A DNA stretch of 64,000 nucleotides from an uncultured Alphaproteobacteria bacterium (GTDB lineage Bacteria; Pseudomonadota; Alphaproteobacteria; HIMB59; GCA-002718135). A model generated the notes under the pieces. It ran no database searches. It was not told where the DNA came from and saw only the letters and a program-made list of their open reading frames with translations. The stretch's first letter is position 1; each line of letters opens with the position of its first letter. The stretch lies in NCBI GenBank assembly GCA_902538155.1, contig CACBDX010000001.1, positions 19,301 to 83,300 of the forward strand, in the 5' to 3' direction. A program made the position numbers and the translations under genes. This document shows, in pieces, positions 18,131-25,646 of the stretch.

Positions 18131-19606
18131 TTATCCTAAGTGATGATCATCACCTGGGTCGACATTTGGATTTGGATTAACATTTGGATCTTTTTTTGGA
18201 TCCTGTCCACCTATAGTACATGTCCAATTATCAGGGCAGATTATATATGGAATTACTATATCTGCATTACAATTCTCACCTAAATCATATTTTCCTTCAT
18301 CATAATCATCTTCATGCTGTTCATTCTCATCATGAGCATGAGTATGAGTACATTTACTTGTATTTGTTTCTTGTACTTTAATAGATATATTACCAAAATT
18401 TGGATTAATACAAGGATCTCCATAGGCATTTGTTATAGACGGAAGAATATTAGTTATAGGAGTTTCAAACATATTTTGGACATCTTCAACATTTGAAATA
18501 TTAATATTTTGTAGTTTCGTGTCAGCATTCTCAGAAAAGAATCTAAATTTACTAACATTTGTAGCGCCACCATTAACCACATCTAGAACATTATTATTTT
18601 CTTTTAGCACTCCTAATTTTGCATCAGTACCTTGAGAAATTATAGCATCATAAAAATTTTCACCTTCATTTTTTATATTAATGATAACTTGTGAATTTGT
18701 CTTTCTTAAAGTTTTAAAATAAAATCCTCCTTCAAGAAGACAGGCTTTGATGAATTGAGTACCATCTGCATCAACATAATAAGAATTTATAATAATTTTT
18801 GTATTATTTTTTAAATAAAAAGATGTCTTTTTATCTAATATAAATTGGCACCCTGTTGAAGATTGTTTACACTCCAATAAACTATTAGTGGAAATTTTGT
18901 TTCTTTTTTTAAGTTGTGTATCGTCTTGAAAAAAACCTTTTTTTCCTGATTTTTGCACTTTACCTATTACCTCATTTGTATCATCAACATTGTAATTAGC
19001 TTTTTTACTTTTATTATTTTGTCCATTCTCTGTTTCAGTTTCATTGTCTGCTACTTCTTGACTAGCTTCTGTTATACTATCAGCTACTAACGCTTCACTT
19101 ATGACCTTAAGAGATCTTTTTATTACATCTTCATCATAAATAACTAAACCTGTTTCTAGATCATCAAAAGCTAACCAAGCATTAATTTGAAGATCGTTTG
19201 GAATATTTTGATTACTCATTTCATCTAAAATATAAGGATTAATTATATTTATAATTATTAATAATTCACTAATTATATCAAAAGCTGAGTTCCAATCATC
19301 TGCTTCGCCGGTAGCAATAGAAATTAATCTCTGTGTCGATTTTAGTAATTTTTTTCTTTCATCTTCTTTTTCATCTTCAGCTAATTTTTTTGAAATTACA
19401 CTTGCATATTTTGCTATTGCTTTTTGTAAATCTTTAGAAACATTTTCATTAATAACTTTTGTAAGGCTTTGTTTCAAATTTTCACTTAATTCATCATGGG
19501 AGTCAGCCTTAGCAAAGTTTACATTAATAAAAATAACTGAAAAAAACAAAAAAATAAAAACTTGTTTTAATCTACTTACGAACAAATTCATTAATACAAC
19601 TTTCAA
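18131..19606 (-). CDS. exported protein of unknown function, His/Asp/Cys-rich C-terminus
   Basis: 491 aa. Signal-like FIFLFFSVIFINVNFAKA (the true start may be the Met at 19591), a central beta-rich region faintly FecR-like, and a tail CTHTHAHDENEQHEDDYDE..CPDNWTCTIGG..NPNVNPNPNVDPGDDHHLG. Confidence 0.5.
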   Translation of the reverse strand: MKVVLMNLFVSRLKQVFIFLFFSVIFINVNFAKADSHDELSENLKQSLTKVINENVSKDLQKAIAKYASVISKKLAEDEKEDERKKLLKSTQRLISIATGEADDWNSAFDIISELLIIINIINPYILDEMSNQNIPNDLQINAWLAFDDLETGLVIYDEDVIKRSLKVISEALVADSITEASQEVADNETETENGQNNKSKKANYNVDDTNEVIGKVQKSGKKGFFQDDTQLKKRNKISTNSLLECKQSSTGCQFILDKKTSFYLKNNTKIIINSYYVDADGTQFIKACLLEGGFYFKTLRKTNSQVIINIKNEGENFYDAIISQGTDAKLGVLKENNNVLDVVNGGATNVSKFRFFSENADTKLQNINISNVEDVQNMFETPITNILPSITNAYGDPCINPNFGNISIKVQETNTSKCTHTHAHDENEQHEDDYDEGKYDLGENCNADIVIPYIICPDNWTCTIGGQDPKKDPNVNPNPNVDPGDDHHLG

Positions 19607-20180
19607 TTTTAATCAAAGATTCTACAATACAGTAATTATTATCCTTAAATAAAATTGAATTTATTGTAAAATATTTTCTAAGTAAAGTGTCATTTGATAT
19701 ATTATTGAAAATTAATAGTAAATTTTGATCATAATGATTAAAATATAAATTTAATAATCTTTCATGAAGAATGTTGATTAAAGGATGAAACATTTGATTA
19801 TAAGTAATCCTTTTTTTTTCATTGCATATTAATTGGTCTCTAGAACAAGATAATAAAAAATAATCAGCCTCAAATAATATTGATTCTAAATAATATTTAT
19901 CAACAAAAATTATTTTTCTATTTGTATTTAGTTGAGTAATCTCTTCATAAATATCAGCTTGATCAAAGATCGAATTTATATTGTCAGAATAGCTAATTAG
20001 ATTTAAATTTTTCTTATCCAAATAATTTTTAAGTGAAGATTGATCTATTTCAATTACACTATTGGTCATTGAATTAATAAAATATACATCATTTTGATTA
20101 GCAAAAACTGTTTTTGAAACAAAAAATATTAAAAATAATAATCTAAAATTTTTTAAATACTTCATCATGGCCATTTTCAT
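19572..20180 (-). CDS. exported hypothetical protein
   Basis: 202 aa. Signal peptide LLFLIFFVSKTVFANQ. No family recognised. Confidence 0.45.
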   Translation of the reverse strand: MKMAMMKYLKNFRLLFLIFFVSKTVFANQNDVYFINSMTNSVIEIDQSSLKNYLDKKNLNLISYSDNINSIFDQADIYEEITQLNTNRKIIFVDKYYLESILFEADYFLLSCSRDQLICNEKKRITYNQMFHPLINILHERLLNLYFNHYDQNLLLIFNNISNDTLLRKYFTINSILFKDNNYCIVESLIKIESCINEFVRK

Positions 20181-21153
20181 TTAAATGATAGTCAGTTTTA
20201 AGAAAACTAGTTTTTGGATTATCTAGTTGATCAATTAAAATATAATTGATCCCACCTTTTTTAAATTTTTTAGAAAGGATTTCTAAATTATTCTTCATTT
20301 TATTATAATAGTAGTCATAATCATTAAATAAATTTAAAAATTCTTCATTTTTAAAACCATAATTAAATTTCTTTAACTGGTTTTTATCAAAATACCAGGC
20401 AGGTGGTAATATAATAAATTCATATTGTTTAATAGAATTTGTATCAATAAATAATTTATATTGATCTACTATTGAATATATTAAATATTCTATTTCATCA
20501 TCAGTTAGAAAATTAAAATATAAATTATACGGTTGACCTTTTCTTTTTTTTGAAAATTTTAAAATTTTTTTTATATATTCGTATGATCTAAAATATTTAC
20601 TAATCTCAATATCAAATTTTTTGTTTTTTATTCTCCAATTTTCATCCCAACTCAACACAAATCTATCAATATCTACCCATATATTTAAAAAGAAAAATAT
20701 TTTTTCATATTTTTGAAAGTTAAAGTCATTATTAACTTTTTTAAAATTATTTAAACTTTGCAATCTAAAAGTTGGTGAAGCTAGTATTTCTAAATGAGCA
20801 TTCTTATTAAAAGTTAGATATTTATGAAGAAAATGATCATCAAAATTAATCCCATATCCCATTGCTTGGCTATCTCCAATTAATAAATAAGTGTTTTGAT
20901 TATTTTTAATCTTATTATTTTTTACTCTTAAGCCATAATCATCTATTGAATAAGATGCTTTAGGATGACCAGTATATTTCGCACAAAAATTTTTATTTTT
21001 TGGCAATGTTTCTATTTCATTTTCAATATAGACTGGGAAAAATGAATAGCAATTTTCATCAACAACTCTAATAAATATTTCCAGAATAAAAAAGGAACAA
21101 AACAAAAGAAGAAAAAATCTTAATAAAAATTTAGAAAATATATTATTTATCAT
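20143..21153 (-). CDS. N-terminally anchored SGNH/GDSL-like hydrolase/acyltransferase-fold protein
   Basis: 336 aa. TM segment FLLRFFLLLFCSFFILEIF, block I LLIGDSQAMGYG, and C-terminal TDYHLNENGH (a DxxH-like block V). Confidence 0.5.
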   Translation of the reverse strand: MINNIFSKFLLRFFLLLFCSFFILEIFIRVVDENCYSFFPVYIENEIETLPKNKNFCAKYTGHPKASYSIDDYGLRVKNNKIKNNQNTYLLIGDSQAMGYGINFDDHFLHKYLTFNKNAHLEILASPTFRLQSLNNFKKVNNDFNFQKYEKIFFFLNIWVDIDRFVLSWDENWRIKNKKFDIEISKYFRSYEYIKKILKFSKKRKGQPYNLYFNFLTDDEIEYLIYSIVDQYKLFIDTNSIKQYEFIILPPAWYFDKNQLKKFNYGFKNEEFLNLFNDYDYYYNKMKNNLEILSKKFKKGGINYILIDQLDNPKTSFLKTDYHLNENGHDEVFKKF

Positions 21154-21173
21154 AATAAATAATTACATTTAGG

Positions 21174-21249
21174 TGGCGCGCCCGAAATGATTCGAACATT
21201 TGACCTACCGCTTAGAAGGCGGTTGCTCTATCCACTGAGCTACGGGCGC
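21174..21249 (-). tRNA. tRNA-Arg (TCT)
   Basis: The reverse complement GCGCCCGTAGCTCAGTGGATAGAGCAACCGCCTTCTAAGCGGTAGGTCAAATGTTCGAATCATTTCGGGCGCGCCA folds as a full cloverleaf with anticodon loop CTTCTAA. Confidence 0.9.
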
Positions 21250-21296
21250 ATAATTTGCATTTATCATAGTCTAAAAAATAAAGAAAGAAATTATAC

Positions 21297-21602
21297 TTAA
21301 TGTGTCCAAGGTTCTTTTCTATTTGTATCAAAATTTGAAGCATAACTTTTAGGTTTAATTTTTCTTTGCTTTGGTTCTTCGACAAAATATTGATAATTAT
21401 TTTTTTTTGCCCATTCAATAGCTTGTTCTTTAGTATCAAAAAAAAGTTTTATCTGAGATTTGGTGTCTAATGAACTATTCCACCCCATTAAAGAATCTTT
21501 TACTTTTTCAGCTTCAGAAATATATTCCGCTAACCATAATTTTGTTTTTTTAAAACCTGATTGCATAGAAGTTTTAGAAGGTTTATAAATTTTTATAGTC
21601 AT
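21297..21602 (-). CDS. ETC complex I subunit conserved-region protein (NDUFS4-like)
   Basis: 101 aa. Contains IYKPSKTSMQSG, MGWNSS and a C-terminal PWTH. Confidence 0.7.
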   Translation of the reverse strand: MTIKIYKPSKTSMQSGFKKTKLWLAEYISEAEKVKDSLMGWNSSLDTKSQIKLFFDTKEQAIEWAKKNNYQYFVEEPKQRKIKPKSYASNFDTNRKEPWTH

Positions 21603-23377
21603 TAAATTGCAGTTTCGAAATATTTATCATTATAATCATTGTAGTATTTTCCACCGGATTTTATATTTTGACAAAGAACTTGTGTTTCACTTAATAATTT
21701 AGTTAAAAAAAAATTACCAGTTTCAATTTTAGATTTATAAAAACTTTCATCTTTCTTTTCTAATTTTGCTAATGAAATTTCAATATACTGTAACCAAATA
21801 TAACCTAGAGAAATCAAAGAAGATAAATTTAAAAATTCTACAGCATGAGAATTAATTTCGTTTTCATCATTTAACGATTTAATATATTCAAAAATACTTT
21901 TATAAGAATCATATGCAGGTATGAATAAATCAATATATTTTTTCATACCTTGATTATTATTAATTTTACCCTGATAACTATCTATCATCGTAAAAAATTC
22001 ATTAAATAATACACCATTATCAGTTTGTAATTTTCTTCCTATTAAATCTAAAGCCTGAATACCGTTTGTTCCTTCATAGATTGTTGTAATTCTGGCATCT
22101 CTTACTAATTGTTCCATTCCATGATCAGTAATGAAGCCATGACCACCATAGATTTGCATAGCTCGATTTGTATTTTCTACAGATTTATCTGAAGCATACG
22201 ATTTAATAATTGGTGTCATGAGTGCTATAAAATTTTCAGATAATTTCTTTTCTTTATCATCTGAAGAATTTTCAATATTATCAAAGTGATTTCCAGCCAA
22301 TAAAGTTAAACCTCTAACTGCTTCATTAATGGACTTTATATACAATAAGTTTTTTCTTATTTCAGGATGAACAATTATAGGATCAGCAACTTGATTGCTG
22401 GAAGATAATTTTCCTTGTAAACGCTCTTTCGAATAATAAAGTGCTGATTGATAAGCAGTTTCTGACAAACCTAAGCCTTGTATACCTACAAATAAACGAG
22501 CTCCATTCATCATGATAAACATCGCTCTCATTCCTTTATTAATATCGCCTACTAGCCAGCCCCTAGCTTCATTGTAATGCATTACGCAGGTTGGACTAGC
22601 ATGAATACCCATTTTCTTTTCTATTGATCCACATTCAACTTTATTTCTTTCAACAAAATCACCACTTTCATTTGGTAAAAATTTAGGAACCAAGAATAAA
22701 CTTATACCTTTTATACCAGGGGGTGCATTTGGTGTTCTTGCTAGTACTAAATGAATAATATTATCACTTAGATCATGCTCTCCACATGTAATAAAAATTT
22801 TGGTACCAGTAATGCTATAACTTCCATCATCCAATGGTGTTGCCATTGTTTTACTTAATCCAAGATCTGTTCCACATTGAGGTTCAGTTAAATTCATTGT
22901 TCCTGTCCACTTACCACTAGTTAAATTTGGCAAATAAGTATTTTTCAAATCTTCATTAGCACTCTTTTCAATTGCATCAATTGCATTTGCGGTAAGACCT
23001 GGATAAAGACCAAATGACATATTAGTAGAGCTGATCATTTCATCTAAAATCATATTCATAATATAAGGTAGGTTTTGACCACCAAATTCCTCTTTTACTT
23101 TCAGTCCCTGCCAGCCATTTTCAGAAAAAGTTTTATAAGCTTCTTTGAATCCTTTTGGCGCTGTCACAACTCCATTATTAAAAGAACATCCTTCACTATC
23201 TCCACTTTGATTAAGTGGGAGTAAGGTTTCTTCACATAGTTTTGCTGCTTCTTCAATAATAAGCATTAGATCGCTTGTTTCTAAATCTAATTTTTTTAAT
23301 GTTTGACTTTCCTTAAGATTTAAAAAATCTTCAATTAGAAATTTAAACTCACGTAGCGGTGTTTTATAAATTTGCAT
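21602..23377 (-). CDS. long acyl-CoA dehydrogenase (with C-terminal extension domain)
   Basis: 591 aa. ACAD blocks LTEPQCGTDL, QIYGGHGF and IYEGTNGIQ. Confidence 0.85.
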   Translation of the reverse strand: MQIYKTPLREFKFLIEDFLNLKESQTLKKLDLETSDLMLIIEEAAKLCEETLLPLNQSGDSEGCSFNNGVVTAPKGFKEAYKTFSENGWQGLKVKEEFGGQNLPYIMNMILDEMISSTNMSFGLYPGLTANAIDAIEKSANEDLKNTYLPNLTSGKWTGTMNLTEPQCGTDLGLSKTMATPLDDGSYSITGTKIFITCGEHDLSDNIIHLVLARTPNAPPGIKGISLFLVPKFLPNESGDFVERNKVECGSIEKKMGIHASPTCVMHYNEARGWLVGDINKGMRAMFIMMNGARLFVGIQGLGLSETAYQSALYYSKERLQGKLSSSNQVADPIIVHPEIRKNLLYIKSINEAVRGLTLLAGNHFDNIENSSDDKEKKLSENFIALMTPIIKSYASDKSVENTNRAMQIYGGHGFITDHGMEQLVRDARITTIYEGTNGIQALDLIGRKLQTDNGVLFNEFFTMIDSYQGKINNNQGMKKYIDLFIPAYDSYKSIFEYIKSLNDENEINSHAVEFLNLSSLISLGYIWLQYIEISLAKLEKKDESFYKSKIETGNFFLTKLLSETQVLCQNIKSGGKYYNDYNDKYFETAI

Positions 23378-23382
23378 GATAT

Positions 23383-24522
23383 TTAATTAATATTTTCTAA
23401 CACAGTTGCAATACCTTGACCTAAACCTATGCATTGTGTCGCTAATCCATACTTTTTATTATTATTTTGCAATAAAGTTGCAACTTTACCAGTAATCCTT
23501 GCTCCAGTAGCACCTAAAGGGTGGCCTAATGCTATTGCTCCACCATGTATATTTACTTTATTTATGTCCATATTTAATTCTTTAATACATGCTAAAGATT
23601 GAGAAGCAAATGCCTCATTTAGTTCCACAATATCAATATCGGTAATAGATAAATTAGCTCTTTTAAGAGCTTTTTTGGATGCATTAATTGGGCCAAGACC
23701 CATTAATTCTGGTGGACAACCGACTACAGCTGTAGATTTGATACGAGCTAAAATATTTAGATTATTTTTTTTGGCATATTCTTCCTCACACACAATTACT
23801 GCTGATGCACCATCTGTTAATGGTGAGGCTGTGCCAGCTGTTACTGTTCCATTCTCATCAAAAGCAAGTTTTAACCCATCTAAAATTTCATGTGAGGTGT
23901 TAGGTCGAATTCCCCCATCTTTATCAATTATTTGATCATTATTCATAATAGAAACAATTTCGTTGTCGAACATGTTTGTTTCTCGAGCTGAATTAGCTTT
24001 AGTATGACTACTAATAGCAAAATCTTGTTGCTCTTTTCGAGAAATATCAAATTTTTTTGCAACATTTTCAGCCGTAATACCCATAGACATATATACATTT
24101 GGGTTATCTTTACTTAATTGAGGATGAGGATCGTATGTTAATCCATTCATAGGTATAAATGTCATACTTTCTACACCGCAACATAAAAAAACGTCTCCAG
24201 AGTTAATTGCAATCGCACCAGTTGCATCATGAATGGCTTGCATTGAAGAACCGCACCATCTGTTAACTGTCATACCTGCTACATGTTCTGGCATATCTGT
24301 CATGAAAGAAACAATTTTAGCGATATTATTACCTTGTGCTCCTTCAGGATACGCACAACCAGTAATAATGTCCTCTATGTCATTTTTATTAATTTGAATT
24401 TCATTAAGTAATTGATTTATAGTTTGTGATAGAATGTCTTCTGGTCTTATATTAGCCATTTCGCCTTTACGAGCAAAAGTGAAGGGTGATCTTTTGTAAC
24501 CCACAATAACAGCATTTCTCAT
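23383..24522 (-). CDS. acetyl-CoA C-acyltransferase / 3-ketoacyl-CoA thiolase
   Basis: 379 aa. Active-site context NRWCGSSMQA, NEAFASQ, GGAIALGHPLGATG and CIGLGQG. Confidence 0.9.
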   Translation of the reverse strand: MRNAVIVGYKRSPFTFARKGEMANIRPEDILSQTINQLLNEIQINKNDIEDIITGCAYPEGAQGNNIAKIVSFMTDMPEHVAGMTVNRWCGSSMQAIHDATGAIAINSGDVFLCCGVESMTFIPMNGLTYDPHPQLSKDNPNVYMSMGITAENVAKKFDISRKEQQDFAISSHTKANSARETNMFDNEIVSIMNNDQIIDKDGGIRPNTSHEILDGLKLAFDENGTVTAGTASPLTDGASAVIVCEEEYAKKNNLNILARIKSTAVVGCPPELMGLGPINASKKALKRANLSITDIDIVELNEAFASQSLACIKELNMDINKVNIHGGAIALGHPLGATGARITGKVATLLQNNNKKYGLATQCIGLGQGIATVLENIN

Positions 24523-25038
24523 TTAAAACTCCATTAAAGAATGTATCTCAATTCCTTTTTCAATTAGTTTTTTATCACCACTTAAATCAGGTAGATTTAT
24601 TATAAAACCTGCACCAACAATATTTTTGTCTTCAAACTTTTTAATTAATTCTACTGCCGCAAGTGCGGTTCCACCTGTTGCTAAAAGATCATCAATAATT
24701 AGTAAATCTTTATGACCATCTAATGCGTCTGTATGAATATGCATTTCAGTTGATCCATATTCTAAGTCGTATGAAGTTTTGAAAGTATCAAAAGGAAGTT
24801 TATGAGGCTTTCTCAAAGGAACAAATGCTGCATTTAAAAAATAAGCTATTGCTCCTGCCATTATAAATCCACGTGATTCTATGCTTAAAACTGCATCTAT
24901 TTTTTTATTTTGCCATGGTTTTACCATGTCATCAATGACTTGTTTAAAGTGACCTGCATTTTGTAACAATGTTGTAATATCTCTGAATTGAATTCCTTTA
25001 ACAGGATAATCAGCAATTGTTCGAACGTATTCTTTCAT
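24523..25038 (-). CDS. apt: adenine phosphoribosyltransferase
   Basis: 171 aa. Contains YPVKGIQFRDIT and the PRPP motif LLIIDDLLATGGT. Confidence 0.9.
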   Translation of the reverse strand: MKEYVRTIADYPVKGIQFRDITTLLQNAGHFKQVIDDMVKPWQNKKIDAVLSIESRGFIMAGAIAYFLNAAFVPLRKPHKLPFDTFKTSYDLEYGSTEMHIHTDALDGHKDLLIIDDLLATGGTALAAVELIKKFEDKNIVGAGFIINLPDLSGDKKLIEKGIEIHSLMEF

Positions 25039-25598
25039 TAGTTTTTTTCAATGTCTTTTATATCAAATAAAGTAACAGGTGCAAAATTTGAAGAACAATC
25101 GTATGTTTTAGTATAAGGGAATTTTAAAAATGATTTTGAGATTTGATTGCTAACACCTAATTTTTTTTCAAAGTGATTTATCAATAATTTATTTGGATTT
25201 GCATGTGGTGCAATATTACGAATATATTTAATTGTATTTTCAATATTAGTTTTGTTTTCTCTACATAGTAAATAAGTAGCTGTTGCCATTGATCTTGACA
25301 CACCACACCAACAATGAATAACAATATCTTCATCATAAGCATATGTAGAAGTAAAATTAGCTATTGAATTTACATGCTCTTCCGCAGGAAGAATTTGTGG
25401 TATTTCATCAGTATTCAATCTAAATATTTTATTACTGCTACTAATTTCAATAATATCGTCAAATCCAAGCTTTAAATGATTTTTTACACCCTTGGGTGTT
25501 TCTGGTGCATATCCTGGATCAATTACTGATACAACATATTTTGGCTGTATGCTTTCACACACATTAGGTAAATCATTAAGAGAACAAACAATTATCAT
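25038..25598 (-). CDS. tyrosine/dual-specificity phosphatase family protein
   Basis: 186 aa. CX5R P-loop HCWCGVSRS. Confidence 0.6.
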   Translation of the reverse strand: MIIVCSLNDLPNVCESIQPKYVVSVIDPGYAPETPKGVKNHLKLGFDDIIEISSSNKIFRLNTDEIPQILPAEEHVNSIANFTSTYAYDEDIVIHCWCGVSRSMATATYLLCRENKTNIENTIKYIRNIAPHANPNKLLINHFEKKLGVSNQISKSFLKFPYTKTYDCSSNFAPVTLFDIKDIEKN

Positions 25599-25625
25599 AA
25601 AAAAAGGGTGGTATAAACCACCCTT
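25599..25625 (-). terminator. intrinsic terminator after the ABC substrate-binding protein gene
   Basis: Minus-strand RNA reads GGGUGGU-UUAU-ACCACCC followed by UUUUUUU. The U-tract abuts the ATG of the next gene (25598). Confidence 0.8.
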
Positions 25626-25646
25626 AATAAAAGTAAAATAATTAAA

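Noticed and set aside
18131-18200. Apparent short tandem DNA repeat (CATTTGGAT.. units)
   Set aside because: It is the coding sequence for the C-terminal NPNVNPNPNV peptide repeat of the 491-aa protein. It is not an independent DNA repeat, a CRISPR-like structure or a satellite.
21212-21439. 75-aa minus-strand ORF
   Set aside because: Its 3' end reads through tRNA-Arg(TCT) (21174-21249), and the rest overlaps the NDUFS4-like gene in another frame. It is spurious.
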